Source of the DNA: Azolla caroliniana
Taxonomy: Eukaryota; Plantae; Polypodiophyta
Assembly: GCA_043228905.1 (NCBI GenBank)
Contig: JBHGNT010000014.1
Span: forward strand, 10,168,001-10,232,000
Direction: 5' to 3'
DNA: 64,000 nt
Position numbers and translations under genes: made by a program. The notes beneath the pieces are model-generated. The model was not told the origin of the DNA. It made no database searches and worked only from the letters and a program-made list of their open reading frames with translations. Below are positions 24,501-37,264 of the stretch, piece by piece; the stretch's first letter is position 1; every line of letters starts with the position of its first letter.

Positions 24501-27442
24501 CACAGCGTGTAAAAACATCGCAACTGGAAGAGGTGAATTTAGGCACAACGGACGAAGCAAAACCGGTGCACATCGCCAAGGAGATGAAGTCCGGAGACAA
24601 AACGGCGATGATAATACTTCTCACGGAATTTTGCGACGTATTCGCCTGGTCATACGAAGACATGCGAGGACTCGACCCTCAGTTATACTAGCATCAAGTG
24701 CACTTGAGCAAGGATGCAAAACCAGTGGCACAAAGACGGTACCGGATGAATCCCAATTATGCCGCCAAGGTCAAGAAAGAAATCGACAAACTGCTAAGAG
24801 TTGGCTTTATCCGTCCGGTAAAGAAAGCGACATGGCTGAGCCCAATCGTAGTCGTACCGAAGAAGAATGGGAAAATTCGAGTTTGCGTGGACTACCGGAA
24901 ACTCAATGCGGCTACGGTAACGGATGCGTTTCCACTTCCGTTCACAGATGGAGTGTTGGATGCCGTCGCCGGCCATGAGGTCTATAGCTTCCTAGACGGA
25001 TTCAGCGGGTATAATCAGATCCGGATGCACCCCGACGACCAAGAGAAAACGACATTCGTCACCGAATGGGGGGTGTTTGTGGCCGTGGTAAGGATGTTCG
25101 GTCTCAAAACGGCACCGGCAACATTTCAACGAATCATCATGGAAATCTTTGAGGAATATATACCGGCTTTTATGCAGGTTTTCCTGGACGATTTCGCCGT
25201 CTATAGCCAGGAGGAGGACCATTTTCAGCACCTCCGTCTTTGTCTAGAAAAGTGTAGAGCGTACCGGCTAAGCTTGAATCCGGCAAAGTGTGTATTTGGC
25301 GTGTCCAGTGGAACTTTATTAGGACATATTGTGAGCCAGGAAGGTATCACAGTCGACCCGGACAAAGTGAAAGCCATATTAGAAGCACCGGCGCCGGCAA
25401 CGGCAAAGACATTAAGCCGGTTCTTAGGCCAGATCCGGTGGCACAACCGGATGCTCCGATACTTGGCCGACCTAGCTACACCATTGCATGCCGCCGTACA
25501 TCGGACACCATTCCAATGGACTGACACTGAGGATAGGGCTTATAAGGCCCTCAAGGTACTATTGTCGCAGGCACCGGTAGTACAACCTCCAGATTGGAGT
25601 AAAGAATTTCACGTGTTCGTGGACGCCTCCGACATCGCAATCGGAAGCGTACTGATGCAGCTTACGGAACCAAAGTGGTACCGGCCAGTGTACTATGCCA
25701 GCCGGAAGCTATCCCAAGCAGAACGGAACTACTCTACTACGGAACGGGAAGCTCTAGGAATGATCTACAGTGTGACAAAGTTTCGACACTATTTATTGGG
25801 AAGAAAGTTTTCCTTCCATGTAGATCATTTGGCACTCCTTTACCTGGTGTCCAAGGCGTCACTCACCGGCAAATTGGCCCGGTGGACCTTATTGTTACAG
25901 GAGTTCGAGTTTGAAATATTCCACCGACCCGGTGTACAGCATGCCGTTGCGGATTACTTAAGCCGATTGGAGTCCGGAGAGACGGGTGACGGAGTACCGG
26001 ATGAGTTTCCGGATGCAGAGCTGTTTCGAGTCACTACGGAGACGGCAGCAGATGAGACAATGGCCCAGGAAGACAAATGGCTCACAAATATGCACCAGTT
26101 TCTGAGCACAGGACTGCCTCCGGAAGAGTTGAACCGGGACGAACGGAAACGCCTGGCGGTGCAAAGCCGACATTTCTGCTTACTGCAAGACACACTGTAC
26201 CACAAGGGCGCGGACGGCATATGGAGACGGGCGGTGCGCAACGATGAAAAGGAACTGATATTGAGGGAAGCCCACTGCGGATTTGCCGGAGGTCACTATG
26301 CCGGAGATGCGACAGCCAGAAAAATATGGCAAAGTGGCCTATGGTGGCCAACGACATTAAGAGATGCGGTACGGTACGCAAAAGAATGTGACCTATGCCA
26401 GAGAATGGGTCAACCAACGGAGCAGGCTCATATGCCACACCAGCCGGTACTACCCCTGGAGCCATTCCAAAAGTGGGGGTTGGACTTTGTAGGACCATTC
26501 AAACCACCGGCAATGAGAACGGGTAATCGGTACGTTATCGTTGCTATGGATTACTGCACGAAATGGGTGGAGGCCAAAGCTTTACGGGATAACACCGCTG
26601 CGTCAACGGCAAAGTTTCTATATGAGTACATCTGGTGCCATTACGGATGCCCCATTGAATTGATAAGTGACCAAGGGGGGCACTTTCTCGGCCAAGTTGT
26701 GGAAAGCCTGATGACATTCTATGCCGTGGTCCACAAACGAAGCACGTCTTACTATCCACAGGCGAACGGATTAGCGGAATCAACAAACAAGACGCTTCAG
26801 AATATCCTTCGGAAGATCGTCAACGAGAACCGGACGGATTGGGACACAAAGCTACATAGCGCGCTTTGGGCATACCGGACGGCATACAAAACGAGCATCC
26901 GAACAACACCGTTCCGGTTGGCGTTCGGACTCGAGGCGGTCATGCCGGTAGAATTCCAAGTACCGAGCTTACGGATCCAGCTCCGGGAACGGCTGAACGA
27001 GAAAGAGTCGGAGGCAATACGGTTGACACCGTTGTGTGAGCTCAAGGAACATCGACTGGCCAGCATCCTACATTTAGAATTGGAGCAACGGCGACGGAAA
27101 GCATTTGTCGACCGGCATAGGAAAGGTAACGAAAAAATGTTCGAAATCGGCAAACCGGTGTTAGTATTCCAAACCCGGATGGGCAAGATGCCAGGTAAAC
27201 TACGGTTTAGATGGACCGGACCATATTGGCTAACACGGGAATATAATGGGTCCTACCAGTTAGGGACACTGGCCGGTGAAGTACTAGGCAAATGGGTCAA
27301 CGGATTCCGATTGAAGCCATATAGAGGACCAATGCCTAAGAACCCGTTCGAGGAAAGGACTGACGGCAACCACCAAGACGGCAAGCCGGGAACCGAAGTG
27401 AATGAGGCCGGTAAGGGTCCGAGAGGACCAACGGACAAGTGA
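21600..27442 (+). pseudogene. Single gag-pol frame (Gag, 3 CCHC knuckles, protease, RT, RNase H, integrase), broken by 4 stops and a 17-bp duplication near 23885-23918
   Basis: VIDGGSGVN, YSFLDGFSGYNQI, VFLDDF, FVDASD, H...H...C..C, WGLDFVGP, ISDQGGHF, QANGLAE; Athila/Tat-like RT; no chromodomain. Confidence 0.95.
22983..23100 (+). repeat. 30-bp coding tandem repeat, about 4 units (DVRYGDRREN) in Gag
   Basis: GATGTCCGGTATGGCGATCGACGGGAAAAT units. Confidence 0.9.
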
Positions 27443-27825
27443 CGTCACACTAATAATAATAATAACAAAAAAAATATTAAAAAAAAAAAAAAACAATCAT
27501 GCAAAAGCGAGGAATGAATGGATGAAAGAGCGAGGAGCGAAAAGGTACGTAGTGGGCATTTAAAGTGCCACCATAGGACATAATGCTATTTTAAGTACGC
27601 GACATGCACACACTCGAAAAAGGCGCCAGAATGCACAGACAAAAACCACTGCGCATAGAGACCCTCTACTTTCACGAACCCAGGAGCACAGAAGCACCAA
27701 GACGCTGCAAGATCATCAGACGAGAACCTGCGCACAGAGAACCCCCGCCTTCTGAACTCTCTCTGTCTCAACCTCACTCTCATCACCATCCAACCTCGCC
27801 ACCGCCATCCGACCTCGACACAAAC

Positions 27826-30549
27826 ATGGACCCGCAGACGCTGTCGGAAGCCGCTAAGACATGGCTGAAGCAACACGGGCTCGAGGGCTTCTTGATGATG
27901 ATGGAAGTACCGCCACACAAAGAAGCCGACAAAGTGATCAAGGAAATCGATACAGAGTTCATAACGGCAGAGGTGATTCAAGCGTTAACAGGTCTTCCGG
28001 AGCAACTCATCAGGTATTTTGGTGAGTACTCTCTAGCCAGCAAGGGCTACCGGACACAGGGCGGCGGAGATATGTTGTTCCGCGAAATTGCTCGTGTGCT
28101 CCATGAATTCGGCCACGTGCACCCTAGACCCCCTGTCATGCCGCAGAACCGGGCAGGGATGATCATTGCCACCTATGAAGGGATCAAGGTGGATTGGCCG
28201 GTATTGATCGCAGACGGGTTGTGTGCGGCGATCGAGTTCGTCAGAGGCAAAGACGGCAAAGAAGGCCGAGACGGACGAAGGATATAGCACGCCGTAACGC
28301 AGTGGCTCACCTTGCTGGTGCCACCCGTTCAGACCGGCCAGCCCAAGAAGCGAGGAAGAGTGCCGGACGGCACCCCAAGGACGGCTTCCAAACGGCAACA
28401 GCTATTGGCCTCTAAGGCCACTAAGGGAAAGGCGGCGGATGCAGAACAGGCGGCAGCAGGAAGCGGCAGCCGGAAGCACCAAACGGAGGCGCAGGAGAAA
28501 CCACTGGCACGGCCCGTAAAGGTCACACTCCGCCGACTGGTGAATAGAGAAGCGGACCCCTTGGCGGCAAAACTCAATGCCGGAGCTCAGGAGGAGGAAA
28601 TAGAGGAGGAGCCCACGGAGCACCTCCAGCGACAGTCAAGGACCATTGAGACAGCCGGGAAACGTTCGGACCCTCAGACGGAGGGAACACCGGCTCCCCA
28701 TACTGAGACTCCCATGCCAAGGAAGGAACCGGAACCGGTGCATATGGCACCGGAAACAGAAGCCCCGGCACCATCGGCAAGTCCCACCCCGCCAGAGCCG
28801 GAAAGATCACTGTAGCCTCCCTCGGTCAGCCAAGAAGAAGCGCAAGGGGAACCAGGACAACAGGGTGGTCCACGGGCAGAAACGGAACTGCAACTCAGCG
28901 CAACCAGGCAGGACCACCCCTCTTCAAGTGAGCCCATCTGTCAAACCTCCGTGCAAGCACAACAAGGCACCGGTAGCCTATGGCTCCGGTGGATAGGCGA
29001 ACAGATAGCCGGAGCAGTGGGGTATATAGAGGCGGAAGAAAGAGCGCAAAGCGAACGGTTGCTCGTCACAACCGAACAACTAGAGACGGCCCGGTCCAGA
29101 ATACGGTGCCTTGAAAAAGACTTGGATCAGGTCACGACAGAGATGGCCAAAATACGGATCCAATCACCGGTGACTCCGGTAAGTGTACAGAATAAAGAAA
29201 CGGAACGACCTGTACATAGCAATAAGACCCCGGCAACGGAAACCGTTCCGGCGAGAGATGCGGCGCAAGCTCAGGAGCTTGCGGAATTGAGAGAGGAACT
29301 TGCCGCACAAGAAGCGCTAAGGAGCCGTGAACGAGAATTGAAGACGGCAGCCGAAGCCGAATTAAAGAAGACTGCTGAGAACCTCCGCCGGGCAGAGGAG
29401 AGCCTCCGGAAAGGCCATCAAGCGTATGACCGGCTAAAGGAGGAGAAAGACAAAGTGCTGCAGGAAAAGGACAAGTTGTGGAAAACGGCGGAAACAGAGA
29501 TTGAACGGCTAAAGGAAGAGCTCCGCCAGCAGAAGGACCGCGAGGACCGGGCCCGTCGTCAGATCAACGCACGGCTCAAGCAAAAGACGGATGATTTTGA
29601 GCACCTGCACCGGGACTACAAACGGCTGGAAACGGAGCATAAAGAACGGATGGCCGAGCTCCAGCAGGCAGTTGATCGGGCTGCGACGGCGATCGCCGAC
29701 GAACAGGCGGAAAATACAAGACGCTTGGACGAGGTGGAGAAGGTCCGGATGGAACTCTAGAGGCAGCAGCAGGAAGACAAAGAGAGAGCGTCAACAGTAC
29801 TGCAGAAATTACAAAGCACATATCAAAGGCAATTGACGCATTACAAGGCGCAGGCGGAGGACAATGTCAAAATCATCAAACAACTGAAGGAGGAACGGCA
29901 AGCGGCGAAAACGAAATCGCAATTGGGAACGAGCTGGATTCAGTTCATCCTTCGGGCATGGCTGAATCAGACAAAACATTTGATTGATGAAAGCTCCGTA
30001 AAATGGTGGACAAAGTGGGCACAAAACGCGGCGGAACTCCAGTTGCTACGGGCGGATGTGGCAAACCGACGGAAGGAAGGAGATGACTGTTATACGTTGA
30101 CTTCCGAGGACTTCACCGCCATACGGGACGAGCTGGCCGACGACTTCCAAGTCCTGGCAGATGAGCAGCTGGCGCAGGTCAGGCAGCTCGTAGCCCAGCT
30201 GGACGATGATAGGTTGGACGCTCAAATCCAGTTTGAAAGCTACGAGCGGTCCCGGGTGCGGGAAGAAAAAGCACGGGAAGCGGCAACGGTTAACCTTAGT
30301 GATGAGGAATCGTCGCCAGCTGACGGCCAGCCGGGAACCAGTCAACCGGAGACCACTACGACGCAGGGAGCAACAACAGAGACGCCGGTGTCAAAGCCAC
30401 AAACGGAGGAGCAGCCGCAGCAACCACCAACGGACCCGCCGCAGCAGACAGCAACAGAGCAGCAACAGCAACAACAACAACAACCACTTCCAGATGAACC
30501 ATTGGAGCCTCTCGAACAAAGCATTCAGGACATTTTGGACGAAGAATAG
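27826..30549 (+). pseudogene. Extra ORF3 of family A copy 2 (907 codons, three in-frame TAG stops)
   Basis: ORFs 27604, 28312, 28951 and 29833 share one frame and are colinear with 1118-3786. Confidence 0.85.
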
Positions 30550-31375
30550 CAAGGGTCGGTTGTGGATTCGACGTACAAGGTACTATCCCACGGGCATGCC
30601 ATGTGTTACCGACCGGCAAAGGAGTCCAGAGTGGGAAGCAGAGAGCTAATTAAGTAGTAGGAATGTGGTTGTAATTAAGCTATGAGTGAGGACGGACGGA
30701 CCGGAAACGGTATGCCGTTCCGGATCCGGACCGATCCCGAACAGGTGCGGATGGCACCGTTTTGTAATACAGACCGGAAACCTATTTAAAGGCCCGGATA
30801 CAATGTAATAGTTAGCGGTTAATTAATGAAAGCTTAAGCGTCGTTATCTCTCGGTGTTGATTACCGTTCTGTCTTAATTGTTATATCTTACGCGTGTTAT
30901 GAAAGACGATCCTAATAAGTAACTTAATTAAGTCGGATTAAGCGTTGAAGTCTAATCCGGTTGCCGTAACACCCTTTGGTGAAGTGTCTCCCGTAGACAC
31001 CCTGTGTTAGGCCATTGTCCGGCCCGAAGAGTTAACATTTAGTTGCATTCCTTTTACTTTTAGTTGCATGGCCTTGGCTTTTAGTTGCAAGCGACCATCC
31101 GTTCATCCATAAAGTTTAGCCCATGCGCAATTCGTACGTGCGTCGCAACCAAACCGTAGACACGTCCGCGCGCGCAAGTCCCAACCGCACAGTGTACGCC
31201 TCCGCGAACGCGCGCCTCCCAACCATGCCATGTACACATCCACGTAGTCGTCCGCACACACGCGCGCCCGCAGACACGAGTGTCCCGACCAAGTCGCCTT
31301 GAACATTCTGTGCTTCACACATAAACTTAAAGTAATAGGTTCTGGCTCTCCGTATATAATATGGGATCCAATGTT

Positions 31376-32980
31376 GTCGAGAGACATGGGAAAGCCGTTG
31401 CCTTCTCCCCACAAGAAATCGGATGTGCTGACCTGAAGATGATAGAGTTAATGGTGATATTTACGGTGCCGCATGTACCTTGGAACCTCAAGCCAATACC
31501 GGTTCCAAGAGCTCACATTCTGAAGTTGATTGAGCTTCTAAAGGAAAAGGTTAGGATGGAAATTCTTGAGCCATCCAATGCTCCCTACTCTAATAGATGG
31601 TTTACAGTGCCGAAGCAAAACGGGTCCTTACGTTGTCGTAGTGTATTTCGTACACTACATGAAAAACTTATAAAGTAACGTTTTAGTAAATACGAAGAAA
31701 TAGAAGAAAATGTCAAAACGACTCACGTAACGATCCGGAGCCGAAAGGCACGACAACGTTTTATTCAAGATCTCCAACCCGTCAAAAAGGTGACAATCCA
31801 AAATGCTGGAATTGGTCCAAGCGTGGATGAATTTGCCGAAGCCTTCGTGGGAAGATCGATCTATTCCATTGGTGATCTCTACTCGGGCTATGATCAATTT
31901 CAATTGGAAGTCGATAGTAGAGACATTACAACAATGAGGACACCGATCGGGTTGGTAAGGATGTGCACCTTACCCCAAGGTGCAACAAACTCCATAGCCC
32001 ACATGGTGAATGTCGTGAACAAAGTGTTAAAGGATTGTACCACATATGGATTCCACACTATGCCCTTGTCGTTGAACCATTGTATGGACTACTAAAGAAA
32101 AGGAAGAAGGTTGAATGGGAAGATGAGCATACCTACGCGGTTCGAAAGTTGAAGAAACTATTATTGGAAGCTCCAACATTGCGCAAAGCTGACTACACCA
32201 AAGGTACCCCAATATATGTGACAGTGGATATGAGCCCAACTGGAATTGGATGGGTGATTAACCAAGAAGACAAAGACAAACATTGGTATGCAATATGATT
32301 CGGTGCAAAGGTGTTGACAGAAAGACAAAGAAAATACCCCCAAGTAAAGAGAGAGCTATGGGGGATAGTATCCGCAGTTAAAACCGATCGCGACTACCTT
32401 ATCGAAACGAAAGTCATAATCGAAACGGATTGCCTACCTATTCTCGGGATGATATCTAGTTGTGCTACACCAGATATTGCTATGCTACGATGGATTGCCT
32501 ATATCAAGTCACTCAACCCCGAGATTCGACATATAATTGGGAAGCATAATGTGGTGGCCGATATGTTGTCAAGGGCAAGGTACGAGGGTGAAGAAGATCA
32601 GCACTCCGATGAAGAGGATGTTGGCCTAAACTTCTTTACAGTTTCTTGTGCTCAGGTGCTAGCGGTGTTTAAAGTAGAAGATTATGAGGGTGAATTCATC
32701 GAAATTCGCAAGTACTTATGCTCTCTTACAAAGGATGAATTGTGGTCAAAGGAAAACTTCTACCGAATTAGGAAGAAGGCCTAGGAGTTCTTCCTCAAAG
32801 AAGGACATTTATGGAAGTTTCCAAAGAGGAAGAATGGATGTGTCAGCAAAATAGTAGCTGATAGAGGAGAATTAGATGCAAATGAAGCTAAAGAGTTTTT
32901 CTCAAGGATAGGCGTCAAATTATCACTTACCATGGCATACAACCCGAATGCAAATGGAAAGGTGGAGCGGGGACATAGCC
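31376..32980 (+). pseudogene. Degenerate family W-type pol (RT, RNase H, partial integrase), probably the continuation of W3
   Basis: RHGKAVAFSPQEIG, DLYSGYDQF, TLPQGATNS, IIETDCLPILG match W4 pol; internal deletions. Confidence 0.85.
31634..31755. mobile_element. 122-bp insertion with TGTCGT...ACGACA ends and 4-bp TSD ACGT
   Basis: Removing it restores NGSLRFIQDLQP in RT. Confidence 0.9.
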
Positions 32981-33139
32981 TGCCTGGGGGCTCCACTATA
33001 TATAAAGAGGTTGTATCACGTGCGTTCATGACATCTTTTATAAACCCCTTATACGTTAATAAAAATGGTTAATAAAAATACCGCTTAGTGCCAATATATA
33101 TTTTGACAACAACTCATTTAAAATGCCCTTACATAGAAA

Positions 33140-33430
33140 ACACATGTATGTTCATTATGTGTATTAATGTATTGTATTGTATTCAATGTGTTGCATATAT
33201 TTTATGTATAGTTTTGTGTATGTATGTTCGCATGCATGTATTGTATTTCATGTGAATGTACATATGTATTGTATTATATTCCATGTTTATTGTATATATG
33301 TATTGTATCGCATTTGTCATATGTATGGCATGTGTATGTATCTATGTGTTATAGGTGCGTGTGAGTTAGTGTAACGTTATATGTGTGTGCATGTCTTCTA
33401 TATATGTGTATGCATAATCATGTTCTATAC
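33140..33430. repeat. AT-rich low-complexity (TATG/TGTA) tract
   Basis: Directly visible. Confidence 0.7.
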
Positions 33431-34324
33431 ATGTCATTACAACAATTAGGCTATTAAAGATGCCAAAACACATCGCTATATGGCATTGCTTTGTGCAACA
33501 CCTTTTTTACAGATTAAATTTTGCTTTTACTTTTTATATTTATTTTTTCATTTTACTTCTATTTATTTCTTTTTAAAGGAATGTATTTGTATGTACATTT
33601 GTTTGCATGTTTGTTGGTGTGGAGCATATGTGTCTTCAAACCATCTTCATTTCAAAGAAGGGTCACCATCTAAGCACTAAGCATGAAAGGTTGTATTCAT
33701 TGCATGCCATCTTCTCTAACATGCCTATGTAACAATGCATATATTGTGGCTCATGGAAGCGAAAAACAATATCTAAAAGACCATATATCATAACAAGAAT
33801 AATATAATATGAGATTTCCAAGAATAATTCACAACATTCAACTCGGGAAGTACCGCATAAAGTTTCTGCAATGCCAGAACAAACACACACATAGTTTTTC
33901 TCTAACAAAAATTGAGCATTTGAGTCCCTAAGTTGTTACAATGGAATCACTCACATATAATACTTGTCAGGAATAGTACTAAAGCATAGAGAGAATTATT
34001 ACTAAAGAAGAGAAGTAATATTAGTACTGAGAGGACGGGACTGCGTAAGATTCCCGAGAGAGAAAGAGAGAAGAGGAGAGAGAGATAGCGAGGATGAGAG
34101 AGAGAGATGATGATAACAGCTAATATATTATGTGAAGGATAAGTACAAAGTAGCTAAGAGGCTTAAGACTGGCGTTGAACCAATTTGGTTCAAAACAATG
34201 CCTTGTGCCTCCTTTTATAGTGCTCTCAGGAGTAGTCCTGAAGCTTCTAGAATGTTTCAAAGAAATTTGGAATATACATTAATTTCTTAAAGCATAAATG
34301 AAAATAATATCTTACAAATTACAA

Positions 34325-34388
34325 TAGATGGTGTGATGGTTAAGAGTTCAACCCATATACCATAAGGTCATGGGTTCGAGTCTTGCCA
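34325..34388 (+). ncRNA. tRNA-like A-box/B-box module in the T1 LTR (also 39241-39300 and 14601-14659)
   Basis: TGGTGTGATGG ... 33 nt ... GGTTCGAGTCT then GCCA; cloverleaf pairing is poor. Confidence 0.5.
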
Positions 34389-34439
34389 TATCATGACACT
34401 ATCCCCCCTTTAAGACGACAAGTGGAACGAGTCGACGCT

Positions 34440-37264
34440 GATTGAGGACCGGGTTTGTCGGGATACTGTCGGTGAAAATCAGCAAGAAGATCGTGAACAT
34501 TGGCGACATGCTCGACGGGCTCCCAAGTACGTTCGCTCGGACTATAGCCGAGCCAATCGACTAAATAATAAAGTTTGTTACGAACAAATTTGGAGTCGAG
34601 GATGGTAGCAATTTCATACTCCGGGCCGACGTCTAACTCAAGCAGGGGCGGCAGTGGTGTAACACGATCGGGAATAGTGTTTGCTTTATAAGGTTAAAGA
34701 AGAGAACTATGGAAGACTGGATGTATCTGAAGATGCGGAGGAAGATCAAGGCAGAACGTGACATCATTAACCTTACCGGTAATACGGAAAGGACCGAGTC
34801 GTCGATAATCCAACTTGTCACACGGTCGAGTAGTCTTGATGTGACAACGTAAAAGCCATACTCAATCTCCGATGGCAGAAGAGGAGGGAAGCCGATGACG
34901 ATCCGCGTAAGTCTTCTGTGTCTGTTGAGCATGATGAAGATGAGTAGAGAGATCCATCTGGATCTTGCATAGTCTCTCCAAATGATCCTAGGCACGAGGA
35001 TTGGTAGGTAGCTCCGGGGTGTTGATCACCGACCAGCGAGGATGAGAACCGGTATAAGCGTAGAATGGGGAGACTCAAGTCGAGGAGTGAACAACATTAT
35101 TATACGCAAACTCCGCAAAGTGGAGAATCTTTGGCCAAATTGTCCTGTTGATAACTCAGGAAACACTGGAGATATTGCTCCAGCGTTTGGTTGTTCGTTC
35201 CACATGCCCATCGGTCTGAGGATGGTAGCTAGAGGAGAGGTTGCAAGAGACCTTGAGCATCTTGAAGAGATGCTGCCAAAATTTGGAGACGAATTGTGGT
35301 CCTCGGTCACTGATGATACTATCTGGGAGGCCATAACAAACCATCATGATATTCGAATTGTCGGTAGTCCATACCTGGTTGTTGAGACTGGGAATAGGAT
35401 GCCCGAGAGGTATCAATGTGTGCCAGGATGTCTTGAGCAAAATTGTCCGTCTTCAATTCGCACATATGGTGTCGGTAATCTGGGAATCCATTGGGGTGTG
35501 AAAAATCCACAATGTGTGCAATCGTGTTGGTCCCAAGATTACTTGCTTTTGATTATCAAACGTTGGATCACCAAGACGAGGTGCAAGATATGAACGTCGT
35601 GATAGTGCATCTGCCTTTCCTTGCTGCTTCCCCGGTGGATATGCGATTTTGAAATCAAAACATGTGAGGAATTGAGCCCACCTAGCTTGTCGTCGATTTA
35701 GCACACGAGCGTTCTGGAAATAAGAAAGATTCTTGTGATCACTAAAGACGATGACCTGATGTGGAGAGCCCTCCAAAAAATCCCGCCATTGCACAAATGA
35801 ATCCACGATGGCTAATAACTCCTTGTCATGTATTTCGAAGTTGATTTCCGCAGCATCGAATTTGTGCGAATGGAAAGCCACAGGATGTAACTCTTCTTTA
35901 TCTCCTTGTTGAGAAAGGATGCTAACGAGGGCAAAATCTAATGCGTCGGCCTCCATGATGAATGGTTTGCTTGTATCCACATGAGCTAGAATAGGTGTTG
36001 ATGTAAATGCTTTCTTAAGATGCCGAAAAGCCATGTCCGCTTCATTGGACCAAAGAAATGCTTGTCCCTTCTTCGTAAGTTGTGTGAGAGGTAAAATAAT
36101 CTTCGAGTAGTCCTGTATAAACTTGCAGTAGAAGTTAGCAAAACCTAGAAAACATTGTACATCTCGTACTGACCGTGGAATTTGCCACTCTAGCACAGTT
36201 TGGACTTTAGCTGGATCCATGGAGATGCCCTTTGAGGAGATAACGTAGCCTAGAAATTCCACTTGCTTGCAGTCAAAGCTACATTTTTCTAGCTTGGCAT
36301 AAAGACCATTCTCGCGGAGTCGGTTTAGTACTAATAGTACATGAGAATCGTGCTCTTCTTGGGTCTTCGAATTAATCAATAGATCATCCAGATAGATGAT
36401 CAAACAGATATCCAAGAGGTCTCTGAATATATCATTTGCCATGTGTTGGAAGACTGTAGATGCATTGGTTAGACCGAACGGCATAACATTATATTCGAAA
36501 TGCCCATACCGCGTGCGAAAGGCGGTCTTCCATTCATCTCTTGGTCGGATCCACACGAGGTTATACGCTCCTCGTAGATCGATTTTTGTAAAAAACTTGG
36601 CACCATTAACTCGCTCTAAAAGACTTGATATAAGAGGAAGTGCATACCTATTCCGGATATATTTCGCCAGAAGTTGCACTAAGGATTCCTCCTTAATATT
36701 GCTGGAAGGATGTACATTGATATGGCAAATAGGAACATTGCCTCCTTGTGTCCTTCTTCGTGTAGTTGACGTAGTGAAATGGTCAAAAACTCGATGAGTA
36801 GATTCTTGGGGTTGTCGATATCGGACTTCTCTTGTTCTCCAATCTATGTCTGGATTATGTAGTTCAAACCAAGGTAATCCCAGGACAATGGGATGCTTTG
36901 GACTACTAATTATATTAAATGATACTACACACACAAAACTACCTAGGACAACCTAAATGGGTTCTGACTCTTCTACAATATTCCCGGAAGCAATAGGACG
37001 ACCATCAATGACTACTACAGATGCGGGGCAAGGAAATTTTCTTAAGGATATCTGAGAAGCTTGGGCAAAATTTCGATCCATGAAACAAGAATTGGCTCCA
37101 GAATCTAAATATGTTAGGTCTTGTACTAGGGGAGTACTTTTAGTACTAACCATGACTTGGGCTAGGAACACATTGCTAACTTGCTTGGAGGGAATGGAAC
37201 CACTAATGGGTTGTACAGATCTAGGGTTGTCCAACCAAACGGCTCCTATTTTGGCTGGACTCAA
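34440..37264 (-). pseudogene. T1 pol: protease, RT, RNase H, integrase remnant, C-terminal chromodomain
   Basis: [34 protein letters not shown]; EYEIATILDS...YLVDWLGY...RTWEP at about 34520-34620. Confidence 0.92.

Larger units (their letters stand above)
21114..31037 (+). mobile_element. Full-length Ty3/Gypsy family A copy 2 (9924 bp); LTRs 21114-21547 and 30604-31037; TSD TTTAG
   Basis: 434-bp LTRs with about 7 differences by eye; TSD at 21109-21113 and 31038-31042; PBS-like TGGCGACCACG (Arg-type) at 21555. Confidence 0.97.

Noticed and set aside
32990-33964. Helitron 5' end (TCCACTATATATAAAG) or host exon remnants, continuing at 39311-39790
   Set aside because: No 3' hairpin plus CTRR end, no Rep/helicase motifs, and frames are closed
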